A DNA stretch of 38,625 nucleotides from a virus (IMGVR_UViG_3300032217_000636:1-38625); one strand, 5' to 3'. Positions 1-7,814 are shown, counted from the stretch's first letter. The notes: generated by a model from the sequence alone, not told the origin. Made by a program: numbers and translations.

Positions 1-123
1 GCTTACGTTACCTGTTGTAGGACTAGCACCAACGCCTAATGACCCTGTAACGCTATTAACTGCACCACCTCCTCCACCGGTAGTCGTAGAGCCTGTTGCT
101 GGTGTGCTATCAGGTTTGCTACC
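1..123. repeat. Terminal direct repeat, left copy (identical to 38503-38625)
   Basis: Exact 123 bp match gcttacgtta...tttgctacc at both ends. It lies inside a CDS, so it is most likely circular-assembly overlap. Confidence 0.95.
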
Positions 124-183
124 ACTTGCTGTGCGGTCAGTAATTTTAATATTACCTGTATTACTCGTGGGTAAAATAGCCAT
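1..183 (-). CDS. 5' part of tailspike gene (continues at 38502 across the circular junction)
   Basis: ATG at 183-181 overlaps the TerL stop (TAATG). 61 open codons (MAILPTSNTGNIKITDR...GNVS) join in frame with the 35929..38481 ORF. Confidence 0.9.
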   Translation of the reverse strand, partial: MAILPTSNTGNIKITDRTASGSKPDSTPATGSTTTGGGGGAVNSVTGSLGVGASPTTGNVS

Positions 184-1550
184 TAACGTATAGATTTGTT
201 CTTCTTCTTAACCGAGTAAGACTGAGGTGATGGTCCACGCAACACTTTATGTGGTGTATGTCTAGACTCGCGAGCAACAAACGATGTGCCTTCAATCATA
301 CCTAAACGGTGTGCTTCAGACATCGTCCTAAGTGCGTCTGCTCCATGTGAGAATTCGTCATGCACTGGTTTCTCATATATAGTATCTCGATCGGTTTCTT
401 CCCTTTTATGGTAATATTCCAAGCAATCAAGTCCTGATGGTGCAGAGTTGTCTGCTGTTCCAAAAGTTTTGCTACAGTTTGTTTTGTGTATATAACATCT
501 TGGGAGCAATGACCTAAGTTCGTTAATCCCGAGCCAAATGTCAGGCGTTCTAGGCACAATCGTAATATGTTTAAGACCTGCGTTAGTAAGATCAGTTCTC
601 CACGATCCTCCACGTCTGATGTGATCTGCGTCATGGGGTAAAAAGTTTGTACGTATTGTTGTTTTGTAAGTGTCTCCCCACTCACGTACTTTGTTTGCAT
701 AATGACCTGTGGTTTGTCCGTTTGCTGAATAATAATCTACTAAATTGATGTGTCTGCCTTCCATTTGCACTAGCCATATAGACGTAAAATCGCTATCACC
801 TACGTCCCAGAATGTATCAAACGGCAAGTCATTGTCTGGCGTGTAATCTTGAATTTGATTGTTTGCACGTAGTTTTGCTATGATATCACCGTATATACTG
901 CCTGGTATAGCTGCTTCAAAGCTGCACTCGTACTCGCGGTTATATTCTGACTCGTTCATGCTTCTGCGTGCTGATTCAAGTTCAGTCACAGGTATAATGC
1001 CTGATCTAGACGCTGGTAATATCATTGTGTACCATTCTGGGTCATTAACTGCTTTGTCATACAATCTATAAAAACTGTTACGACCTTTAGGTGTGCCAAT
1101 CCATGTAGCCCAACCTTGTCTATCTGACAATGCAGGACGTATAACAGACGACCAAACCGATGCGTCCATGTCTGCTGGCTCGTCAATAATAATGCCATCA
1201 AGGTATATACCACGCAATGCTTCGGCATTATCTGCACCGTATAAGGTCACACGTCCACCATTAGGTAGTTTAACATGCAATTCTGACTCAGAAACCACAC
1301 GACCAGGTATTGGTGCTGTATATTGTTTAACATAATCCCATGCTATAGCTTTGGCCTGTGTCCTGTATGGTGCTATGTAAGCAAACCTTGGAGCACGTAA
1401 TGTGCATTTCATAGCCTCTTTTATCAGCTCATTAATACCCGATACGGTTTTACCACCACGTCTATGCACAACTAACACAGACCAACGCTGAGTTCTGTGA
1501 TGCCATTCTACGAAGGCAGGTCTAGGCTTATAAGGGATTATTATGTTCAA
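183..1550 (-). CDS. terL: Terminase large subunit
   Basis: Walker A-like HRRGGKT, Walker B GIIIDE, coupling motif IGTPKG, RNase H-like nuclease WDVGDSD and C-terminal SHGADALR. Confidence 0.97.
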   Translation of the reverse strand: MNIIIPYKPRPAFVEWHHRTQRWSVLVVHRRGGKTVSGINELIKEAMKCTLRAPRFAYIAPYRTQAKAIAWDYVKQYTAPIPGRVVSESELHVKLPNGGRVTLYGADNAEALRGIYLDGIIIDEPADMDASVWSSVIRPALSDRQGWATWIGTPKGRNSFYRLYDKAVNDPEWYTMILPASRSGIIPVTELESARRSMNESEYNREYECSFEAAIPGSIYGDIIAKLRANNQIQDYTPDNDLPFDTFWDVGDSDFTSIWLVQMEGRHINLVDYYSANGQTTGHYANKVREWGDTYKTTIRTNFLPHDADHIRRGGSWRTDLTNAGLKHITIVPRTPDIWLGINELRSLLPRCYIHKTNCSKTFGTADNSAPSGLDCLEYYHKREETDRDTIYEKPVHDEFSHGADALRTMSEAHRLGMIEGTSFVARESRHTPHKVLRGPSPQSYSVKKKNKSIR

Positions 1551-1586
1551 GGGGTAGTGGCGTATCCCTTTAAGTGTTGTAAGGCT

Positions 1587-1982
1587 TTATTTTGGCTCAG
1601 TCTGCCATGAAATGACAAGTGGTGTACCGTCAGTACCTGTTAATTCAGTATGTGTGCGTTCACCGTACTTCTTTGGGTTCATCTTGGTAATGTACCATTG
1701 CCTGGCATGAACCCTAAGTTTATCAACTGCTACATCTTGTGGGTTAGAATTGTCAGCAATCTCAATAATCTCACTTACAAGACTTTCAACCCCAGCCATT
1801 CTAGCTTTTTCAATAGTTGTTGCAAATGCTGCATCATCACGCATCTTAACCCAGAACCTACGTGCAAAGCTATGTTTGTAACTCCTACATATAGCGTTAG
1901 TTGTCTCACCTGAAGCCAAGCGAGCACACACATCACCAATAACCTTAGGGTTATCTAAATCATCTTCTGGAGGTATTACCAT
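1587..1982 (-). CDS. terS: Terminase small subunit
   Basis: Directly upstream of TerL. N-terminal HTH (RLASGETTNAIC), IIEIAD and KLRVHARQWYITKMNPKKYG resemble Sf6-type TerS. Confidence 0.9.
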   Translation of the reverse strand: MVIPPEDDLDNPKVIGDVCARLASGETTNAICRSYKHSFARRFWVKMRDDAAFATTIEKARMAGVESLVSEIIEIADNSNPQDVAVDKLRVHARQWYITKMNPKKYGERTHTELTGTDGTPLVISWQTEPK

Positions 1983-2044
1983 ACGGTATTACTTCTTTGG
2001 ATTAACAATAGTGTCTAAAATAGTATCGTTCGTGGAAACCATAG

Positions 2045-2085
2045 GATTATAAGTATATGTTTTAATGACGTATGCAATCAAAAAA
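2045..2085 (-). promoter_or_regulatory. Putative leftward (late) promoter
   Basis: Minus strand TTGATT-N18-TATACT, followed by TATAAT, in the AT-rich divergent intergenic region upstream of terS. Confidence 0.4.
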
Positions 2086-2130
2086 AGTTGTGTAGTTAAG
2101 CAACTAATTAAATAAATAATTACAAATACA

Positions 2131-2167
2131 TATTGACAATGTTATACATTGTTATACTTTGTAATAC
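2131..2167 (+). promoter_or_regulatory. Rightward promoter overlapped by three tandem TGT(T/A)ATAC operator-like repeats
   Basis: TTGACA 2133-2138, 16 nt spacer, TACTTT. TGTTATAC at 2140 and 2150 and TGTAATAC at 2160 (10 bp period). Confidence 0.6.
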
Positions 2168-2170
2168 GAA

Positions 2171-2254
2171 ATGAAAACTATTACTAACTTATTACTGTTT
2201 GTAGCTATCAATGTAGCTTTTGCTTACATTTTATTTGTTTGTTTCACATCCTAA
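2171..2254 (+). CDS. Small hydrophobic peptide (27 aa)
   Basis: MKTITNLLLFVAINVAFAYILFVCFTS. First ORF after the promoter; stop abuts the next ATG (2256). Confidence 0.5.
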   Translation: MKTITNLLLFVAINVAFAYILFVCFTS

Positions 2255-2255
2255 C

Positions 2256-2564
2256 ATGAGCCCATTACAACAAAACAAAGCTATAGCCATATTCTGTGGA
2301 TGGTATTATGATAAAGATCGTACTTGGCAAAATAGTCACCATGCAGGTTTAATAAGATGGTCTCCACCAGAATATTCTAGCTGTTTAAATTATATGCACG
2401 ATGCAGAAAAACATTTGTCTGTTGAGCAACAACTTATATATTCAACACACCTTACACCAGGCTATAATTCTAAAGAAGATACTATGGAGATATTTGCATC
2501 AGCTAGTCGTAGGGCAGAAGCCTTTTTGAAAACTATAAATAAATGGAAAACAAAAGAAGTATAA
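2256..2564 (+). CDS. Hypothetical phage protein, ABA-sandwich-like
   Basis: NKAIAIFCGW...PEYSSCLNYMHDAE...RAEAFLKT pattern resembles the phage ABA sandwich domain. ATG 2256 preferred over TTG 2220. Confidence 0.65.
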   Translation: MSPLQQNKAIAIFCGWYYDKDRTWQNSHHAGLIRWSPPEYSSCLNYMHDAEKHLSVEQQLIYSTHLTPGYNSKEDTMEIFASASRRAEAFLKTINKWKTKEV

Positions 2565-2746
2565 GACAATTAGAGAGCGATGCAGACGGATTACAAAGAA
2601 TGATTACTCTTATTGAAAAACATGGCCCACGCATGATGCGTTTAGGTGGTTATGTTAGTAAGGAATTAGAAAAGTATTTGGAACGAAAAGTAGATATAAA
2701 AACAACAAGAACTAGAAATGAAAACAAAAACAAAGAAACCGTTTAA
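2543..2746 (+). CDS. Hypothetical protein
   Basis: 67 aa ORF overlapping its neighbours in a packed operon. Confidence 0.6.
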   Translation: MENKRSIRQLESDADGLQRMITLIEKHGPRMMRLGGYVSKELEKYLERKVDIKTTRTRNENKNKETV

Positions 2747-3041
2747 AGTACCAACCGCAGAGCAATACAAAAAAGATATTGCACTGTTTAAAAAACTGTT
2801 ACGTGAAAAAAATAGACTAATAGAAGATGTTAGTTTTTACGTAGATTTAAACACTAAGACAGAAAAACGTTTAAGAGATGCTGAAAAAACAATTGAGATC
2901 TTACGCCAAAATAGCCAAATTTTAGAATCACAAATCAACAATGCTGTTTGGTTTGATCCTAAGTGGGGCAGTAAATTCTTTTTTATTACTGGGTTTAAAA
3001 TGCTTTGGACTAAAATCAAAGCTAAGTTTAAACGCAAATGA
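2718..3041 (+). CDS. Hypothetical basic coiled-coil protein
   Basis: 107 aa ORF with heptad-like middle and ATGA coupling to the next ORF. Confidence 0.65.
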   Translation: MKTKTKKPFKVPTAEQYKKDIALFKKLLREKNRLIEDVSFYVDLNTKTEKRLRDAEKTIEILRQNSQILESQINNAVWFDPKWGSKFFFITGFKMLWTKIKAKFKRK

Positions 3042-3184
3042 CTACACATCCTTACGCTGTATGGTTGCCTATGCATACTGGCAATCATCTTATAACGTTT
3101 AAGACGTTAGATGATGCACACCAGTTTATAATAAAATATGGTGGTGGTTTAGAAGTTATAGCGAACACATACGAAACTTTTTAA
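3038..3184 (+). CDS. Small hypothetical protein (48 aa)
   Basis: MTTHPYAVWLPMHTGNHLITFKTLDDAHQFIIKYGGGLEVIANTYETF. ATGA overlap with upstream stop. Confidence 0.6.
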   Translation: MTTHPYAVWLPMHTGNHLITFKTLDDAHQFIIKYGGGLEVIANTYETF

Positions 3185-3194
3185 ATATAATTAA

Positions 3195-3287
3195 ATGACA
3201 TTAATTATACCAAACCAATTACATTTGGTTTATACATTAGCCAATGTTACTAAAGATACTAAGTCAGAACTACACAAAATAAACTAA
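3195..3287 (+). CDS. Possible small protein (30 aa)
   Basis: MTLIIPNQLHLVYTLANVTKDTKSELHKIN fills a gap in the operon. Confidence 0.3.
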   Translation: MTLIIPNQLHLVYTLANVTKDTKSELHKIN

Positions 3288-3312
3288 CGCTTTATTAAGC
3301 ATTTCTTTTAAA

Positions 3313-3630
3313 ATGAACCCTGAACAACAAGAAATTGTATTTGATGGTTTAGAAACCAGATTAGAAAAAAAGTTTAACGAGTTTATAGCTAAGAATCCCA
3401 GTGTATGGGATATGTTTATAGACTTTACATTTGAAGCTATCAAACGTGGTCATAAGCATTTGTCATCTGATATGATTTTACATCGGATTAGATGGGAAAC
3501 AACCATTATGACTGTAGGCGGTCAGTATAAAATCAGTAACAATACGTCACCTTATTTTGCTAGGAAGTTTCATAAAGATTACCCTATGTATGACGGATTC
3601 TTTAGGACTAAACAACTTTCTGAGTCTTGA
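3313..3630 (+). CDS. Conserved-looking hypothetical phage protein
   Basis: 105 aa. NPSVW..F, ILHRIRWE, YKISNN.SPYFAR and GFFRT resemble a common uncharacterised phage family. Confidence 0.8.
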   Translation: MNPEQQEIVFDGLETRLEKKFNEFIAKNPSVWDMFIDFTFEAIKRGHKHLSSDMILHRIRWETTIMTVGGQYKISNNTSPYFARKFHKDYPMYDGFFRTKQLSES

Positions 3631-3660
3631 CGCTAGAGTTCATAGCCTTACAAGAAAGCT

Positions 3661-3876
3661 ATGAACCTAGACATGAAATTCGGATTCTATGAAGTGGTCT
3701 ATCGTGTGACCAATCAAGAGCCTGGTCAGGTCATAGGTTATATAAATAATCCTGACGGTAGCTGGCAGTACGAAGTAGATTTCCAGCAAACTGGTGTGTG
3801 CAGACTATGGGAAGGCCAATTAACAACTCAGAAACCAGGCTACGATATGGCAATCATTTCTGGCGACGAGGTTTAA
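3661..3876 (+). CDS. Small beta-rich (SH3-like) hypothetical protein
   Basis: KFGFYEVVY...GQVIGY...WQYEVDF...LWEGQL pattern. Confidence 0.6.
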   Translation: MNLDMKFGFYEVVYRVTNQEPGQVIGYINNPDGSWQYEVDFQQTGVCRLWEGQLTTQKPGYDMAIISGDEV

Positions 3877-4123
3877 CTAAGCTGTAAAACTTAACATCAC
3901 ACGATTTGTTGTTGTGATTAATTATTCTGTATTTTTTACAAATAAGCTCACCTTGTGTTACGCCACGTTCCAATAAAGTATAAGCAAAATCTATACTTGT
4001 TTTGTACTTAGTGGCATATTGTCTAACAGAAATAGCATCTTTAGGTGGCTGCTCTATTACTCTATTTTTGTTAAAGTCAGACCACATTTTGTCATAAGAG
4101 TCTTTCCCAATAGTTACTAGCAT
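3854..4123 (-). CDS. Hypothetical protein, possible winged-HTH
   Basis: ISVRQYATKYKTSIDFAYTLLERGVTQGEL followed by a beta hairpin. Coupled to the phosphoesterase gene. Confidence 0.65.
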   Translation of the reverse strand: MLVTIGKDSYDKMWSDFNKNRVIEQPPKDAISVRQYATKYKTSIDFAYTLLERGVTQGELICKKYRIINHNNKSCDVKFYSLVKPRRQK

Positions 4124-4935
4124 TGTACAACCTTTGCTTTTGGTGGATTAAATGCTCTAAAATGAACTTCTGGCAACTCGCCTTCTTTGCGGTTACGCCA
4201 ATCTAAAATGTAAATACTAGGACAAGGTCTGCCGTCTGGTACTACTTTATATCCAAATCGTGTTAGTCCCTGCCATGCACCTGTAACAACAGTGAGCCTA
4301 TTACCATCACAATAATGACCTGTACGGTGTCGATGAGCACCAACTAATATGGTAGGTGCTTGATCACCTACACGTACAGCTTCGTTCACTGCATTACCTA
4401 ATTGTATGCTATGCTGAGATGCTTCTAAATAACTTCTACTTGTTGCTGGAAAATGATGCCTGACAGACATCAAGTTTCCCATAATATTTAAATCTAATCT
4501 GTCGAAAATCGGGATTTGCGTTTCAGGGTTTTTTTCCGCTTTGCACGTTTTCGCAAGGAAGGTTTCAACTCCTTTGACGTGACATTCTGTTCCTTTAATG
4601 AAGTAAGATTTAGTTGCTTGTGAGCAGACACTGGCAAGGCATTGTTCTGCAATTCTAACGTGTTCTCCTTCGTTTGCTGCAACGATTTCAATCGTCCTAT
4701 GATGGTTTCCTTCAATACAGTCACCGTTTACAATTAAACAGTGCGGATCTTTACCAAGTAATTTTGTTTTAAAATCATGAGCATAGATCCAACATTCCCA
4801 TAACCATTTTTGCAGTGCATTTTGACTTATTTCGTTTCCATCCTCGGTAGTAAAGCCTGGTGGCAATAAACCTACAGTAGATCCACAATGTAGATCAGAT
4901 ATTATTACTGCTATTTTTATTTTGGCAGTTGCCAC
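4117..4935 (-). CDS. Calcineurin-like metallophosphoesterase
   Basis: Motifs SDLHCG, NGDCIEG, KGTECH, RHH, GAHRH. Likely start GTG 4935; the track extension to 5019 runs through AT-rich regulatory DNA. Confidence 0.88.
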   Translation of the reverse strand: MATAKIKIAVIISDLHCGSTVGLLPPGFTTEDGNEISQNALQKWLWECWIYAHDFKTKLLGKDPHCLIVNGDCIEGNHHRTIEIVAANEGEHVRIAEQCLASVCSQATKSYFIKGTECHVKGVETFLAKTCKAEKNPETQIPIFDRLDLNIMGNLMSVRHHFPATSRSYLEASQHSIQLGNAVNEAVRVGDQAPTILVGAHRHRTGHYCDGNRLTVVTGAWQGLTRFGYKVVPDGRPCPSIYILDWRNRKEGELPEVHFRAFNPPKAKVVQC

Positions 4936-4989
4936 ATTATACCTACTTAAGTGTATAATATAATTGTCAATACAATTATAGTTTATGTT

Positions 4990-5360
4990 GTCAGTTCGAG
5001 GTAAGGGTCCACACTTCACCCCTTGAGAGGAGGAAGTGTAGTCTATAGCCTATGCCATCAGACTGAGTAGGGGTAGCCAACTAACATAAGCACGCTCGGT
5101 ATTGTCCTTTTTAACGTATTGCTTATGCCTTCACAGAACTTTCGTTCTACTGGAATTAAGACAGGTGGGTCTATAGTGTATCAAACCTGTCACCGATAAA
5201 CTCTAGAGTACCGCACCCAGTGGGCTTCAAGCGTCGTCTAGTTTTCTTACTGCATAAAAAGTCCCTAGTCTGGTAGAGCAAACTAGGGACATAACAAAGG
5301 AGGGGAAATGAATTAAACCTCCTAAAATGTACTGTGCTGCTCTACCAGCTTTAAAGAACT
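4990..5360 (-). ncRNA. Putative large structured non-coding RNA / leader (unclassified)
   Basis: No credible ORF. About ten nested stems; G-U pairs and a GAAA tetraloop favour the minus strand. Confidence 0.55.
5256..5290 (-). terminator. Intrinsic terminator / attenuator hairpin
   Basis: 9 bp perfect stem gtccctagt/actagggac followed by TTTTT on the minus strand. Loop is complementary to 5338-5348. Confidence 0.65.
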
Positions 5361-5415
5361 GAGGCCAACTTGGTAGTGCAGGTTTAAAAATCAACAACTA
5401 TTTTTACATATTTAT

Positions 5416-5449
5416 TTGACTTATGTATAAATTTGTAAAACATTGTCAA
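5416..5449. promoter_or_regulatory. Promoter/operator region upstream of the RHH gene
   Basis: Plus strand TTGACT-N17-AACATT. Minus strand TTGACAATGTTTTACAAAT (5449-5431) is 18/19 identical to 8370-8388. Confidence 0.55.
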
Positions 5450-5457
5450 AAGTTACT

Positions 5458-5640
5458 ATGAATAAACCGATAAACAAACGCCACATTATTGCATTTGAAT
5501 TACCTGAAGAAACTAAGAAAATGCTTGTAGATACTGCCAATAGATGCGGTATTTCAACAGGTAAGCTCATACGCTTTATTATTAATGAAGGCTATGCTGT
5601 TGCAGCAGAGAAGTTAACCATTTTGTCAGATAAACAATAA
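5458..5640 (+). CDS. Ribbon-helix-helix (CopG/Arc-like) regulator
   Basis: IIAFELPEETKKMLVDTANRCGISTGKLIRFII has the strand-helix-G.S-helix pattern. ATG at 5458. Confidence 0.8.
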   Translation: MNKPINKRHIIAFELPEETKKMLVDTANRCGISTGKLIRFIINEGYAVAAEKLTILSDKQ

Positions 5641-5651
5641 ACTAAATAAAA

Positions 5652-5831
5652 ATGAAAAATAAACTAGGTATCAGAATACAACACGAAGGATTAGAATCCT
5701 TCATTGATGATCTTATTAAAGGTCATTTTGACCAGACTAAGATTATGCTCGAAGAACAATTTAAAACACAAGATGCAGAAAAATACGGCATCATGGGTTA
5801 CAACACAAACAATGAAATTATAGATTTATGA
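5652..5831 (+). CDS. Hypothetical protein (59 aa)
   Basis: MKNKLGIRIQHEGLESFIDDLIKGHF...NEIIDL. ATGA overlap with the next gene; below the track cutoff. Confidence 0.65.
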   Translation: MKNKLGIRIQHEGLESFIDDLIKGHFDQTKIMLEEQFKTQDAEKYGIMGYNTNNEIIDL

Positions 5832-6586
5832 ACGAATTAGCAATTACTAACACAGCCCAGTTAAATCACCGTCAAGCCACTGATGTTGCTGGCCTATGCC
5901 GGGATATAGTATTAAAGACTTCTCAGCCTATACAGGGCAGGAAATACGTTAGAGTAGAGGGCTGGCAGTCTATTGCAGCAGCACATGGTTGCATAGCATC
6001 AATAGACAGTGTGAACGAAACAGAAGAGGGTGTAATCGCTATTGCATCTTTACTTGATTCTGCTGGCAAAGTTAGAGGCAAGGCAGAAGGCTATGTAGGC
6101 AAAGACGAAAAGCTCTGGGCAGCACGCCCAAAGTATGCACAACGTGCGATGGCTCAAACCAGGGCTATAAGTCGTGTATGCCGTAGTGCATTTGCTCACG
6201 TTGTTGTTTTGATGGACGCAGGTCTAGAAACTACACCAGCAGAAGAAATTCCTGTTGATGATGAGAAGCCAGTTTATGAAAATAAACCTGTCAAGGCTTA
6301 CGTTGCACCTAGCAAACCTAAACAGGATTTTGAACAAATAGCACCTGCTGGTGAAGGCTGGCGTAATGTAGAAATACATTTTGGTAAAAACAAGGGTAGG
6401 TCATTAGGTGAGTTAGATGAAAATTCATTGCAATGGTATCAAACGAAATGGCAGCCTGCACCTTGGCAGGGTCAGATGAAACAAAGCGATTTAGAATTGC
6501 GTGCAGCACTTGATAGTTCGATGGGTAAAAGTGCAGCACCAGACCCCATACTTATTGAAGAAGAAATAGATGAAGTGCCATTCTAA
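5828..6586 (+). CDS. Putative single-strand annealing protein with FGK.KG domain and SSB-like acidic tail
   Basis: RKYVRVEGW and AMAQTRAISR resemble phage annealases. HFGKNKGRSLGEL..SLQW is DUF3820-like. Ends EEEIDEVPF. Sits near a Gp157-like gene. Confidence 0.65.
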   Translation: MNELAITNTAQLNHRQATDVAGLCRDIVLKTSQPIQGRKYVRVEGWQSIAAAHGCIASIDSVNETEEGVIAIASLLDSAGKVRGKAEGYVGKDEKLWAARPKYAQRAMAQTRAISRVCRSAFAHVVVLMDAGLETTPAEEIPVDDEKPVYENKPVKAYVAPSKPKQDFEQIAPAGEGWRNVEIHFGKNKGRSLGELDENSLQWYQTKWQPAPWQGQMKQSDLELRAALDSSMGKSAAPDPILIEEEIDEVPF

Positions 6587-6888
6587 TGGATTTAAGACCA
6601 ACAACATTAATTTGCTATTTTGTCGTAGGTAAGAAAAATGCAGAACTACTAACCCAAAGTTTTTCTGAAAACTACGACGAAGCTAGAGACGCTGCCGTAA
6701 AGCTGGGAGGTGTTGTAACAAACGCCTCCTGGTTGAGGTGGCAGGGTAAGAAAGTAGAAGTGTTAGAGAACGACAATAGAAGCCGTAAGGCTATACAAAA
6801 AGTATATGTAAATAACAAAAAAATAAACAAGGGATTCAAAAATGAAACTGTACGAAACGACAATCGAGTTAGAGAAACTATGGAATGA
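6586..6888 (+). CDS. Hypothetical protein
   Basis: 100 aa with TAATG coupling. Confidence 0.6.
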   Translation: MDLRPTTLICYFVVGKKNAELLTQSFSENYDEARDAAVKLGGVVTNASWLRWQGKKVEVLENDNRSRKAIQKVYVNNKKINKGFKNETVRNDNRVRETME

Positions 6889-7366
6889 AGCTGAACACTT
6901 ATTAGATTCTGCAAGTGAAGAATTTAATAACGAAGCAGCACTGCGTGATGTAGAAGCAAAGATGAAGCTTGTTGAAAGCGAGCAGAAAACTTTGGCATTA
7001 CACATTGCGACAATTATTAAAAATCAGCGTGCTGAAACATACGCTTTAGAAGTAGAACGTGAAGCATTAGATGCTAGAGTTAAGCGTTCTATAAAAAAAG
7101 AAGAGTGGCTAGAAACATACCTGCAAACATTTGTACCTAGCGGATCTAAAATTGCAGACAGCAGAGTAACAATTAGCTGGAGAAAATCTAAATCAGTTGA
7201 GGTATTAATTGATGTAGAGGATCTACCTGCTAAATATCAAAAGATTAACATCACAACTAAACCAGATAAGCAGTTTATAAAAGAAATGCTTGAAGTTGGT
7301 GATCCTAATAACGAACTACAAGGTAAGGCTAAAATTGTTGAAAAAGATAATATACAAATCAAATGA
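6842..7366 (+). CDS. Siphovirus Gp157-like protein
   Basis: MKLYE start, long coiled coil, TISWRKSKSVEV, LPAKY, PDKQFIKEML, GKAKIVEKDNIQIK. Confidence 0.88.
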   Translation: MKLYETTIELEKLWNEAEHLLDSASEEFNNEAALRDVEAKMKLVESEQKTLALHIATIIKNQRAETYALEVEREALDARVKRSIKKEEWLETYLQTFVPSGSKIADSRVTISWRKSKSVEVLIDVEDLPAKYQKINITTKPDKQFIKEMLEVGDPNNELQGKAKIVEKDNIQIK

Positions 7367-7680
7367 GCCTTACTCAACACATGAGGGCTTACTTTGGTAA
7401 GCAAATTAGAAAACATAATCTTACAAAAATAGGACCTTGGGACGGTGAGCAATTTGAACATCATCTTAAGACTGCAATTAAGTCTTATGATGATTTAAAG
7501 AAAGCATCACAAGTTACACAAAACAGTGCTTTAATTACAGCTATGAATTTAGTTGAACCTAAAAATTGGGAAGAAGTTTGTAAGAAAGATGCAGATCTAT
7601 GTGGTCTTGTACGTTATGAATGGAATCGCTTAAACCCAACAGATAAGAAATTAATAATATTAAAAATGCAAAAACTATGA
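7363..7680 (+). CDS. Hypothetical protein
   Basis: 105 aa with ATGA couplings on both sides. Confidence 0.7.
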   Translation: MSLTQHMRAYFGKQIRKHNLTKIGPWDGEQFEHHLKTAIKSYDDLKKASQVTQNSALITAMNLVEPKNWEEVCKKDADLCGLVRYEWNRLNPTDKKLIILKMQKL

Positions 7681-7814
7681 ACTATTTAGACATTGAAACC
7701 CATGTACCTAAATACGTAGCTGAGAAACAAGAACAAAACGCTTTGCTAAAAGGTTTAATTATAGGCTTTTTTATAGGTGTTATGTTCGGTTTTGCCTACG
7801 TGTTTTTTAAATGA
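7677..7814 (+). CDS. Small membrane protein (45 aa)
   Basis: MNYLDIETHVPKYVAEKQEQNALLKGLIIGFFIGVMFGFAYVFFK. ATGA overlaps. Confidence 0.6.
   Translation: MNYLDIETHVPKYVAEKQEQNALLKGLIIGFFIGVMFGFAYVFFK

Noticed and set aside
1-123. End repeat as a biological T7-like direct terminal repeat
   Set aside because: It falls mid-CDS and its length is typical of assembler overlap. It indicates circularity, not the packaging ends.
302-1913. Alternative-frame and antisense ORFs inside terL/terS, and similar ones throughout the late genes
   Set aside because: No recognisable motifs; typical shadows of long real genes. Only 7955-8239 was kept because it carries a family motif.
4936-5019. Track N-terminal extensions (also 2220, 5443, 9909, 17545, 27988)
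   Set aside because: Downstream starts fit RBS, gene coupling, lipobox or domain boundaries better.
4990-5360. tRNA, tmRNA or group I/II intron
   Set aside because: No cloverleaf with T-loop and CCA, no tag ORF, no interrupted host gene and no recognisable catalytic core by eye.
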